Below are positions 10,827 through 23,846 of a stretch of DNA of 64,000 bases, piece by piece. The stretch's first letter is position 1, and every line of letters begins with the position of its first letter. Source of the DNA: Daphnia carinata (lineage: Eukaryota); contig NC_081331.1 of assembly GCF_022539665.2 (NCBI RefSeq), positions 5,580,001 to 5,644,000 of the forward strand, in the 5' to 3' direction. The notes beneath the pieces were generated by a model, which saw nothing but the letters and a program-made list of their open reading frames with translations, ran no database searches and was not told the origin of the DNA. The position numbers and the translations under genes were made by a program.

Positions 10827-12968
10827 TTAGAGACCGTTAACCCCCTCCGTGATTTGCGAGATACCATTTATGTAAGGCTTGGTTTTGGTTGGGCTGTCGA
10901 GCTTGGTTTCGCCTTTGGCAGCCGCCGTTGGGCTTGAAACGTGAAGAGGCTTGGCGAAACGATGCTCCAGCATCATATGATTAACTGGAGGCAAAGCAAG
11001 GCAAGCGCGAAAAATATTCTCGATGCTAGATCGCTGACGGTTGAGCGAGTTAATAACGGGTGCGCCTTCGGGAACTAGAGGGGCCTGTAAAAGAAATTTT
11101 GGATTTGTTCTGCTAGGATTGTTTAAAAAAAAATACCTTGCACAAGTAACTGAGGATAGATAGGACTGAGTGGAACGGTTGGTAATTCGTTTGATTTGGT
11201 CCGCGGAAAGTAATCCGTTGGCATATTTCGGTTAAAATTACTAAATCAAGGATAATGGGGCTAGCCAAAAGCGAGTCTTCACACGTATTGTGGATAACCA
11301 GAGTGTTGTGGCCACCCATCATGATCTCCGAGGTATATTCATCCATGGCACGCTTACTGTCACCTAATTGCACAAAGGAAAATTCGTGCGTTAACTTGGG
11401 AACACTACATGTAGGTATCGCGTGAAAGCACTTACCGACATAAGGTACGTATTTGATCACAACAGTGTGATCAGGTTTCTCTCCCGGTTTGTAGAGAACA
11501 GGATTAGACTCCACCATATCGTCCACGACATTACTCTTGGAAATCTATGACATGCGGATTTGAAGATTAATTATGAGAAAATAAAAAATTGCAAGACAAA
11601 GTGGATGTAAACTAACCTCTTTGGAGCGGAATTGCTGTGGGGCAGAAAGATTTTTGCCGTCATTGTTTCCCAAGTGATTGTAACTGACAATCGAAACAGG
11701 CTTGAGGCCGGCGCTGACCAAGAAATCAACTAGCACAGACTTGAGCTTCGTTTGGCCCGATTTGAAATCATCGCCACCGATGAAGACGTTAGCCTTCTCT
11801 GCCATTTCAATACAACCGGGAACAAACGTGTTTTGGGGCGATCCATTGATAAATGCGCACTGAAATATTATAGGGAAACGCATATATTGAGCAAGAGATG
11901 TATAGCGAAATATTCTTCAACCGTTTCCAACATACCCCTTCTAAGATGCTAGCCACAGCAAACAACGTCGACGGCGAGATTTCGCTGGCATCGTTTTTGA
12001 TGGAACGCATTAAATTTTCGGCCGTGTCGTTTAGTCCTGGAACGATATCAGCGAAGCGCTCCGTGTTGGCCGTCCAAAGCAAAATGACTTTGTCCAAAGC
12101 GTGCTCGCTAAAGAAAAAAAAAATTGAATTGACGATCAGTGAAACTAGGACGATAGTGCGAGTTATATTACGCGCGGAAATCGCGAATATCTTTGCGGAT
12201 TTGATCGATTTGTTCTCGCTTTGTTCCAACGATGAGATTATCGGCTCTCTCCAATTGATTGGCTGCGATAAAGTCTGGTGAGTAAATTGATGGCCTTGGT
12301 TTCATCTTTTCCATATAAGGGCGGAGTTGTTCCTGGAATAAATCAATTACGTCGATCAATATACTAGTACAATGGCACTTGTCATTTTTAGTGAAGCAAA
12401 TCAAACATTTCTAACCTGTAGTGATGGTTCAAGAACACGGGCCCGTTCCATGGCGGATGCAAGATCTAAAGATGAAATATCCCAGCCATCAAGCACGATG
12501 TCGTCTGGGTGCACCATGGGCAACAGGTCATGGAAAGGGATGTAAACATCCCGGCCGTCAGCGCCCATCCCTAGCGAGACGGTAGATGACATCATAAGGG
12601 ACCCATAGTAGTTAGCCTCCTGGTGCCCGTTGCGGGTAGGCCAAGACAACGCTAGCTTGTTGGCAAGGACGGCAGCGGTGACGGTCGTTCCATTATTGCC
12701 ACCCCAGCCAACCAACATAACACCGAGTTTAGGGACTTGACGTTCCGTCCGGATACGCAATCGGGTGGTGTTTGGAGTGACCTGTAAATAAAAGAACGTA
12801 CACGCATGCTCAGTCGTCTTTGCCGGGTGAAAATGGCGATCAAGTTCAAGTTACCTTGTACCCCCCGTCGGAGGCCGGCTCCACGCGTGACGTGCAGTAT
12901 TCATAATCCGCTTCGATGTAACGATCGCCGTACGTAACGTTGGGGCTGTCAACTTGGAATTTCGTCAT
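10827..12968 (-). CDS. Inos: Myo-inositol-1-phosphate (inositol-3-phosphate) synthase, multi-exon
   Basis: Start [13 protein letters not shown]; conserved MIPS motifs [67 protein letters not shown]; last exon [27 protein letters not shown] (stop 10827-10829). Orthologous family to ISYNA1/INO1. Confidence 0.97.
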
Positions 12969-13736
12969 TTTTTTGTGTGTCTTATTTACCCTGTAATGTT
13001 CACGGCAAGGAAAGAAGCGAACATGAGTTTAGTCAAGAATGAAGGCAACAGTAGACTAAAATAAGACGACTAGCAGGAAGGGGAGAATCGAACGATCTAC
13101 TGGATTCTGCGCGTGAAAACCAAGGCCGTGGCCTGACGGCCACGAGTGCCCCTAGCATTCGGCCCGTTGCAATGAACTCACGATCCAGAAATCGCACCAT
13201 CCTTACGTGACATGCAAGAGAATACAGTCTACCATATGTGCTCACTAACGTTCGGGTTCAACGCGCTCCACAATAACGTTGTAATAGGTAGCCAGCAGCT
13301 AGTGACCACGTAGCCTATCGTGTAACTTTGCACTGGTCAGGGCTTTGCAATCAATCGGGATAACACAACACAAATTTCACGTCTGTCTTCATACAAAAAT
13401 CAAGCAGCCATGTGAAAGAATGAGTAAGCTCAACTGCTCTGGTGAATGCCTAGCTTTGGCAGTCGACCAGATGGCGATATTCTGGGATTCCGAACTTGTA
13501 ATCAGGCGCATGCGTTCGATGATTTTTCTGTCGTAATAGTTCCGATAAAGTTTCACGATAAAAATGTCCGTGAGCTTTGTATAGTTGCTTAACGAGGACT
13601 AAATTACGATTGGGCAACGAGAAATACTGCATTAATTGTCGGTTAGTCACCATCCCACCATACGGTTTTCGAGATGATACACCAAGAACGGAAGTTACGT
13701 CAAACATGACGTCAGTCGCTAGCTACCTCGAGATCG

Positions 13737-14173
13737 ATCAAGAAACCTTTTAACTACAGTTGCAGGTTACCTATTACATGGAGCAAAGTTCTGGAAGTAC
13801 TTTTGAAGTGAACTCTTTTGCTTGCAAGTAACTGGTTAGAAAGAAAGACTGTTTGATTCTAAACAATGTTTCAATAAGATTGTAGAAACTGGCTTACCTC
13901 TGACTTCTGAACAAGGAATGGGCAGCTTGAAGTTGCAACCTACACCAGCTCTACAGTTGTCAGCAGAATGAAGAGAAGAGATTGTGGGTTCAAGGTTAAA
14001 TATGGCCAGCTATTCCTCCTGGCCAGCACATGTGTTTAAAGACATGTTAGCTTTGGCCTTCCTGGTGCTGCAGGGATAAGACTGTTTTGACAACACAAGC
14101 TGTGAAGGTCAAGGTTGGAGTGGTATTACTTTCACCCACTTTGTATGACCAGCATCTAGTGAAGGGGTATCAA
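13737..14173 (+). other. CpG-free segment with a broken Cys-containing reading frame; possible decayed viral/env glycoprotein fragment
   Basis: No CG dinucleotide between 13737 and 14173, while the flanks are CpG-rich. The frame from 13742 reads QVTYYMEQSSGSTFEVNSFACK*LVRKKDC...LWPSWCCRDKTVLTTQAVKVKVGVVLL with several stops. The identity is inference only. Confidence 0.35.
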
Positions 14174-16803
14174 CGAAATCCGGTTCACGACAGATACACA
14201 CAAACAAAAATAATTGCCTTCCAAAAACAGCAACTGAAAACTAGGTATAAAACGACCAGAACCAAAGATCACACAAGGGACAGAAAGGTCATTAGCCCTA
14301 ACGGTGCATTCGGAATTTTGTAATTATCGTGGGCTGCTCAACTTTCAGACGCCCTTCCATATATGTCACGGAATAATAGACAGGGATATTCTTTTGGTAA
14401 TTACCCAACTTTCGAGGCTTAACCTTTGTCCAACAATGACTGCAATTTATAATTCTAAAAATAAAGCAGAAAAGCTTACCTACATAGGTCTGTTGATGGA
14501 TAAACGGGAATGGGGAAAACGTCTGCAAAGAATCGCCAGTCTGTTTCAGACGAAACGAATGTCGTTTTTTTTCCATGGAAATTAGCAAACGTTGCCTTTT
14601 TCGCTAATTAGACCTCACACTTTTATTGGCGTAAAAGGAACAAACTGTTTTAACTAACCAGGAAATGTGACCTAAACTAGATTCGATTAGTATTCTAATA
14701 CGACATATGTAGAAGCTCATTCTGAGTTTTAGTAATTTAATTTACCATCTCTCAGTATTTGTGTAAATTAATTACCCTGTTTTCAAGAAATTATCAGACC
14801 AAAAGGAATGGAACCAAAATAATACTAGTAAAACTTTTAAAAATCTAATTGTGTTAATTTTGCAACTGACTGGCTTTTGGGACGACAGTTTTGGGACGAC
14901 TAGCTTCGCTTAGCTCCGTAAAATTCAATATAGGTTTTACAGTTGTCACGCCTCTACCCCATTCACGTTATTATATAATTGATGGAACACTAACAAGCCA
15001 GTAGTATCAAGAAATATACACTATTACAAGGGCCCGTGTGTTATCGAAAATAATGTGATCTGAGAAGCAGTTCTCCTTTCTAATGTGTGATCCCTTCGCA
15101 CGTAATATAACAACAAACATTCGTATTCGTTCTCTAATTGGTATTTTCAATTATGCAACCTATCCAATGCATGACGTTTTGTTAACATTACAAAAATTTT
15201 CATGTTTATACCAAGTTCTAAAGCTGAATTCTACAAATATACCATGTCTGTTTCACGAACACAAATATTACAAGCTAAGAGGAAATTTCCAGTTATTTCT
15301 ATTTCACTTACAAACAACCGTCAGCATACTGATAACAATTGTTCGTCATGTATGAATATTTCCATTCACGTACAATTCCGAGATCAAAGACTTGAAATGA
15401 AACACTGCAGGTAGATAACGCACTGAAGCATGCTTTATTCCGACATTCCTTTACCGTAAGTCATCTTGTACGAATTCTCTTCGTATCCCCTATGACTTTA
15501 GGTTTGTTACTGTCACCATGACGATGAACCTTTCCAGCTAATTGCATGACGCCATTGCATTATTGGTTTCGGCTTAAGATTATTAGGGGCAAAGGTTCCT
15601 TTAATTGCGACGGAATCCAGCACAGCAGACGTGCAGGTTCTGAAAATGTGTAGGGTATGTCATTAATTGCGTGACCGGTTTTCTCTGTTGGACGTTGCCT
15701 ACAACCAGGTTCACCATCATTTATAGCACAGTGAACATTTGCTGATGACAGTGTAAGAGAAATGCGTTAAACGATATTCCGAGGAGAACGACATCGATGT
15801 AATACAGTAATCTGTCTGTCTATACCACGTCGTTGGTAGCGTTCTAAACCCACAAACAGGAGTCAATCAGGCAAACTGATTTATCTCCGGACCAGACAAA
15901 AACAAAAAACCTCGTGAGAAGAATCCAAATGGAAAGCAAGACGCATTCTAGTAACTACAACAGCTGAAGGCCAGTGGGTGTGGTAAAACCGAAACTATTT
16001 TCATCTAATGTTAGACCCTTCTATAATTGGGTGCAGCACGTACTTTTAGGTAGGCAATTGAGCCAGCTGGTATTTATGCGGCCCTAATCGTATGATGTCT
16101 AGCTTGACTTCTTTTCGGCCCAAGTAATTGCTCAAAGAGAATGGAGTCTTCGATAAAGTCACAGATTTTATTCTACTGCCAGACTTTGTGATTTGTCGGA
16201 GTAATAACGAGCAGCTGCTTTGTCCCGATACACAATAACAAGACGATCACGTCTCTGGTTTACTCGACGCCTTCGTTTTTAAAGAAACATGGATGAATAG
16301 CATTAGATGAGGTACAAAAAGACACAGGAACAAGGATCCTCCAGTGCCATATACACATAAACTATTTCTAGTAAAGTAAGTACATCCATCACACCACCCA
16401 GTGGGTTCGACGTACCATACTGCTCGTGTTCACCATTACGCGAAAAACGGAACCTTTTAATAAGTCAATGGCCAATTTGCAAACGGAAGAAATGATCCAT
16501 TTCGGGGACCGTTTTTTTTTGTTTTGTTCGTGCAATTCGTCATGGAGATGGTAATTGAAGACAAGTGGATCCGAAAACATTTGAGCAGATAAACGCACAA
16601 TTAAAATTTAATGACAGTTCATCTACCAAATGGCTGTAAGAGAACCCAATGCTGTTTAACTGCAACGCGTAAAAAAAGGGGAGAACCATCATTACGACGT
16701 TGGCTTACAAGTTCTCTCGTGACTGTGTAAATCAGTTTTTTTTTGTCCGTCGGTCAAGTAATTGGCTGTTAAAATCCTGTATATTTCTAATACTACTTCG
16801 TAA

Positions 16804-19800
16804 TTAGGTTATGGTTTCGGCGATGGTTTGGTGGATTTTACTCGCATCGGCGCACACGTCAGTGGAGGGATTCCGTCTAATGTGCATCCGAGCATTGATG
16901 AGGTTCATCGAATGTTGGTTGCCATCGTCTCGAGCTGCGGTCGATAACGGTGTCGCTGATGAAGAAGTCCATACGGTTACAAGATGTCCTTGACTTGAGA
17001 TCCACGCCGCTGTGCCGTTGCTTATTGATGTGTCACTAGAAACCAAAATACGTTGCTGCTGAGGCGAATCGAGCAGCAAACTTGATTTCTCGAGAGTCCC
17101 ACAAGAGTTGAGACGCTCGCCTTCCGAGTTATCCTGCCGCTGAATCAAGTGCGTGTTTTCTGCCGCCGTGTACGAGACTTCCGATAAAGGAATCACGTCC
17201 CTTCCATTGTGCCGAATGACGGCCGAAGTGATGAACTGTCGTTGATTGAGGACTTGTCGCGGCTGTCGCGGACCTACTGGCCAAAAATTAAGATATAACA
17301 TCCTTATAGAAGCCATTGAGAACTACCCAGATGTTTCAGCTATTTGATGATTTCTTTTATGTTTATCAGAAAATGAAAGAAATATGGAATCAAAATTTAT
17401 TTGGGGAAGCTACACTCAACGGTCAAACATAATTGAATTGAGCTCCGTAAAATACTGTATATGTCAGACGACCTATGTGTACAGAAAGCCAGGCTATTCG
17501 TCGGAACACGTACCGTATAAAAGCTCAGCGTGCGTGCAGACTAGTAAATAAATTGCGTTCAGGGGAAAATCCGAAAGGGACCATTGAATACGAGCTGGGA
17601 GTCATCACTATCAGCAAAAAAGGAGGAAGCGTGAGACGCCGCCAGCCATGAGACAAGATTATTTCCCGCGGCTAAACTTTGCCTCATCGGCAGCAGTTGC
17701 TAAAAAGGTTTTTAGCCTATCTAGCGATTTCATCGTCACGACCTGCTGTGCATAGTTTCCATCATAAATACCTACGAAATCGTACCGTCTACGAAATATG
17801 GCAATACACAATCATCCGTTTGTAGCTTGATGGTATTAAATTCAAATCTGAATAAATTTTCGTAATATTACGTATGCCATTCTTGCTTTAAGTTCGTAAA
17901 AGGCCAACAACGTACAAAAAGGACAGTAAGAAATAAAGCCACGTATTATGCCCGGGAATATCTGATACTACAGAACCAGGGACATGAAAGAAGCGCAATT
18001 TTTTTTTATTAGCTTGCCAAATTAAAAAAATTCTAATCATAACCGTTGTTGTTATAAAAAAAAAATAACGTTACGGGAAAACGGGTACACAACAGATGAA
18101 TCTGAATGCGAGCCGAATTGCAATGCTTTCATTGTATAGTCCATATTGCCAATCGGATTAGGTAATCTAGCTTTAGGCGTATCGGTTCGTATTTGGAAAA
18201 ACGTGATATCATTTTCCTGTTCACGATGTACACTGATACATTCTGTTCAATGATGCGATACAATCAGCAACTGAAGAACATCTACTCTCTTCTTACTATA
18301 GACTACGCAATTCAAACTTGCTTTGAAATGGAAAAATAATGTGAAATATCATCTACAGTGATTCAATTAGCTGGGAAAATCGTTCCCTAGTAATTGGAAT
18401 ATATTGCAGTGGCACGCATGAGTCGATCTAACACTTCTTAATACACAAAAGACGAAAGTCATCATCCGAACAGTTTCATTGAAGATCACAGGTTCCAGGA
18501 AAAACAAATTAAAACCTATGTATGAGCAAGTGAGGCTTTGTTTGGCTTGAAATGTATACACGCAGTAATAATACGCGTAGAAGTAAAAAAAAAAATCATC
18601 AGCCTTTGTTGTGTCACATATTGCTTTTATGTTATGCACACACAAGTAGGTCGATCTACGTGCATAAAAACAAAAGTAGAGCCTATGGTTTATTATGTAC
18701 ACAATGACGTTTGTTATATGCGTATATATAGTTCTTTTGTGTTTTCTCTAGACTCTTTTCATGTCCACGTCTGTTATAGGCAAACTTATTCGGCCGGGCT
18801 CCGACTAACGAACAAACTGCTGAATAACAAGACAGTATGTCGGTCCGTGCTCAAGAGAGAGGAAAAAGATTTGAAAAAAGAAAATGTCGGCAAGCTTATT
18901 GACGTTTGGTTGAGAGCTTGTCAAAGCTATGACGAATAGGAAAAAAAATAACTAGCCATCAAGAGCAGCAGTTGTCATTACGCTGAAGGGTTTTTTGAAC
19001 AAGTTGACAACACAAAAGGCACAAAAGTTTTCTTGATTTATCGTAATACGGAAAAGATCAACTGCATGTCATGGGCTTTCCGTAATATCTTGAAAAGTTT
19101 GGGGTGATTGATTTTTTCTGGCTCTCCTCGCTTAGTTTTTGTAGCCCCCTTATTTTCCCGAAGCTGTTTGAATGATTGACTTACCTGTCACAAAGTCGGC
19201 CCGGTCGTTGCGCAAAATTGGAGTTGATCTCTGGCCGGCTCTTGTAATGATGATGGCTGATCCGGCCGTAGACGCCGTAGAATTGAGCGCTGAAGGGCGT
19301 GCCCGGCAGCACAAAGCCGATCTAAAGTGTTCACGAAATCTGGCGAAAATACAAACACACCCACGCACGGCAGACACACACGAGATTACAGTTAATGCCA
19401 AGCGTAATTGGAAAGTGTATACAGAACGTCTCATGTACCAGCTTAAAGAACATAAAACTAAAATCTACAGTCACCTGGTGTTCATGTAGTAATAGACGAG
19501 AGGATTGATCATGGTGTTACTCATCGCCAGCCAGTAGAATGAAAGAAAGATGTGTTGGACGTGCTTGTAGGAAATGACTTGGTCGTCGATGAATTGGTAT
19601 ACGAAGTAGCCATGATAAGGTAACCAGCAGACGACGAATAGCGTTACCACGACCATGAACATTCGCACAACCTTTTCGTACGTTCATTTCATAAAGAATA
19701 TCGTGATTAATTGACGACGCCACGGTAGATAGACTATGTATGTACCTTGTGTTTCGATTGGATAGACTCTGCTTGACGTTGATTCTGTTCGCCAATGCTT

Positions 19801-22800
19801 TTACCCCGCCATAAGACGTAGCCCATGCGTGAATAACAGGCACCCATTACAATCACTGGTATGAGGTAAGTGGACACCGTGAAAACGATATTGTATCTGC
19901 AAAGCCATTATTAATACCGTATAAGAATTTATGCCACGACACACTTTGAATTGTTACGAAACCAAGATAACGATCATCATAATAAATGAGCTGTTACATG
20001 AAATCTTGTTGGGAAACCGAGGGAACACCGTCAGGCCAAACGATGATGCAAACGATTCGAATTTCACCACCTCGATAACTAAAAACGTAAATAAAACGAG
20101 CGGTGTAAATATTTAAAATATTTAAGTCTTTAATTTTTCCAGTACATCTAACAGACGTGCCCTAAATTTTATCAAGCAATTATTTTATCACACCTGTGAG
20201 AAATTGTCTGAGAGTAGAGAAGGCAAGGGATGGCCAGGACGCAACTGGCGCACCAAATGAGGCTGATGGCGATGCGAGCAGTGCTCTTGCTCATCCTCGG
20301 TCGTAGTGGGTAGACGATTGCAATGTAGCTGTAAAAGAAACATTAAAAAAAATAAAGAATTGATTCTCTGTGAGTCTAAACACATTTTTATGTGTATAAT
20401 GCTGCAGTAGAAAGTGCTGCAGACTGAAGGAGAAAAGTTATTGAACGAAAACAAAAACGCATCGTACCAAACTAAGCCCTTTTATCTACAGCCCAGCCGT
20501 CATACGGTGGAAAATAAGAAGCTTTATATATAAAACAACAGAGTTCATATGAGTATACTGTTGCAACTCTATGAAAAAAGAAAAAGCAAAGAAATCCCCG
20601 AATACGTAAATGGCGGATGCACCTCCTTTGTGATTGTCACCGGATGGAAGACCAAAGCCATCCAATCAGGCATTCTCTCAACTTGTTCTTGCGTGAACAA
20701 TATATCGCACGCGCGACACGCATTTGGCCTGTTCTATATACGCACTCGGAACAGACAGGATTAAAAGACACAATATTCCATCTGACGTATATGATATTGA
20801 CCCAGTGTCATTAGCAAAATGAATTTAGAAGGCTTTGTGCTCGCAAAACAGGGCCTGTCATAATATCTCGTTGGAGATTGGAAAACTCTATTTCTCTCTT
20901 TCAATGTCTATATGGAGGAACTGCTATCGGCTTTTCCATAGTGCGAGTCTTCTTCACGTGCACAATCGATTTATTTCTAGGCTGAAAGATGTCTATATTG
21001 AAGCCAGCTTTTCAGCACAAGTATTAGCTTTTCGCCCTATTTTGCGACACATCATTTTATACTGCCTTCAGGGATGCTCAGCTGCTTCTCGCATCGTGTG
21101 GGTGATGAAATAAAAAGAAATAATAATAAATAAACCTTTTTTACTTGCAACACACCCCCACAAAGCAATTGCATTTTAACATGGCGATGCGCACGCGGGA
21201 GCATTGAGTTTAGTTCCTCTCATCTAGACTATACCGATTGATATGCATCACGCATGTTAGTGGCAAGAAAAGAATAACGTCGACTTGTTTGTGCTATATA
21301 GTGTGATTTGAATATTTCATCAGTGATTCCTCAATGGAATATTATTGACAAGGATTTATGTATACTGAAAAGAAAGTATGACGGATAAAAATTCTTCAAA
21401 GGTTTTTCTGCTGATATTGTTTAGGCATCGGCTATCATGCGTTTTCCCAATAATGGCGGACTTACAGCCCACCGGTTCGAGATGGAAAGAAAAACAAAAA
21501 TTTTTTTCGCTGAATCGATTAAGAACCATTTTTATATTCTTCCTAATATTTCGTTGTTAACGTAAAATTTCACCTAGACATCCTTTTCAATCTAAAAATT
21601 CAACAGTAGACTTTATTAGACGGCATTGTATTTATTGCTTGGGTTGCCTCGTTTCCACTCACGCAACATTCCGATGCGCTATTGATTTTTCACCTGTTGT
21701 GATTCACATTGTGTTGTCGTATCAGTGATTCTTTATAACCAGGTCAATATTGTATTACAACCTTATTATTTTACCCATTTACACTTTTTATACTCATTAA
21801 CATTCCCACCATGAATCTCTAAGTAACGAACCACGGTCATCATAACGAAAAATAGCTCAAGGACAAAACTAAGATTCCTGCATAACCATTCAAACAAAAG
21901 ATGTACAGCATTCAAAAACATCAGTCATTGCACTATACAAAAGAATTGCAATCCACGATTTCTTTATCTATAGAGGCTTCCTCCGCTATCTTTAGACTAG
22001 CTAAAGAAAACAAACGGGAAGTTCCGATTTTTATCCTCTTGTTTTGTGTGTGCTCGTTTTTGTTTCGCGTATTTATCAAAAGCATAGAGATTTTCAGGAA
22101 ATTGAGCTCACGACAACGGAAGCTGTCAGATGCTGTTGTTATTACTGTTTGATAGAGAACTCTAATGGAGTATTGTAGGGCTATGTAACATAAAACCTAC
22201 ACGAAGGGCATAAGTTAGTTGAGCGATTTCCAGCGAGAGGGAAAGAAAAGAATAAAATATAGACATTACTTTACGTTGTGTGCGCCAGAAATAGGATAGT
22301 TGGTTTAAATCAATAATTTGATAAATGCTGTAGTTTATGTCTATTTTTGCTAGTGGACGAAAGTTCAATAAAACGAAGTGCTTTTACGTGGTCAAGGAAC
22401 TGTGTGATAATTTTATTATGTTGCAAATTTAATCATGCAATCCGATCCATGTTTTAACCACTCTGAGCTATTATAGATGGTCTTCCTTACCGGTCAAATG
22501 AGATAGCCACCAAAGTGAAAACACTAGCCGCCACGGTGACATTGGCGACGAAGTTGTTGACGGTGCAATAGAATCCGCCAAAAGGCCAGTGACTGTAAGT
22601 AACAAATCCGGAATAAATATACATACGCAAGTTTTTACATTTTGGGGTAATGTTATTAAAAAATTAGTACAATTAGATTGGCAATTTTTACACGTGGCAT
22701 AGCCTCACGAAAAAGGTTGTGGCAATTTCGTTGCATTGGCAGACGGTATTTTATTTGTGAAACTTTAAAAGGTGTTTTACTTATTTAACATGAAGGTAAA

Positions 22801-23846
22801 GTTGAAGATGCAATTGAAGAGCGTCATTGTTAAATCGGCCAGGCTGAGATTTACCTGTTGACAAGAGATTCAGAGTAAAAGTGTTAAAGGTCCTCGTGCA
22901 ATCACATTTTTTATGTGTACCAGAAAGTAGTTTGTTACAGTTTTCATCCTTTTATGGGCTGCATGTTGGCGATAACGAAATGAAAATAGAAGTATAATGT
23001 TTGATTTATGCTTGAAATTGCCTCTACCTTAAAACAGTAAACATGAAACATTGTGGTCACTTTCTATTTGATATAAGTCTATCCACATATCAGACGTAGG
23101 CTGATCTTCATTTCATTAATGTCCCTTGCCCTTATCTGACCTCAACGGTGAGTCCTTGTAAACCTTACGGATCTAAACGCTCTCCTAATTAAACCCCCTA
23201 TAAATTCCAATTAGTTGGCCGCAAGACAAAATGAAAGCCAAAAATCCAATATGGATGCATCCATCCAATACTTGCAGTCCACGTCGACATTAAAGAAGCA
23301 CATTTTTTATGAACTACTTGCGCTTAAAAAAAAAAAAACATTGCGTAGTACAAACGTCTACTGACCTAAAACAATCCAGACGACGAGTGAATTGCCCACG
23401 GCAGCCACAACTACTAACAACGTAAAGACGGCGATCCAGGATGTCCTCTGTGGCCAGGGCATCATATAAGGCGATGAAAAATTGCCTTCGCGATGTAACG
23501 TCATGTTTCCGGGATAACTGAAGTTTGTATTGCTAAAGCTTCCGTTGAATCCGGCTACATCTGCCATAAAGAAATCTTCTTCCGCATCCCTGGGCCATTC
23601 GACTTCGGGCGGAATGCTGACAGATTTCGAAGAAGGGTAACCCCCATCGGCGTACTCTTCAGGGCCGATAACATCAAGTTGCTGATTCTCCGCAATATTA
23701 GTATAATACTTGTTGGCCACGTAACTGGTTGTGTTTCGAACGTAAAAAGAGAATAATCGACCCACTGGAATGTCCGTCGTTCGCCAACCTTCGTTCGAAT
23801 CGAACACGTCTTCAAGCGGAGCATCTTCGTCATCGTCGTTAATCAT
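16804..23846 (-). CDS. TkR86C: Tachykinin/natalisin receptor-like class A GPCR (TkR86C-like), copy 1, 10 coding exons
   Basis: Approximate exons 23846-23366, 22958-22921 (AHKRMKTVTNYFL), 22854-22781 (VNLSLADL..), 22592-22491 (HWPFGGFYCTVNNFVANVTVAASVFTLVAISFDR), 20328-20194 (YIAIVYPLRPRMSK), 20081-19996, 19897-19746, 19671-19475 (CWLPYHGYF..SNTMINPLVYYYMN), 19339-19185 (RFREHF..CC), 17276/17273-16804. DRY, CWxP and NPxxY motifs are intact. Confidence 0.9.
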
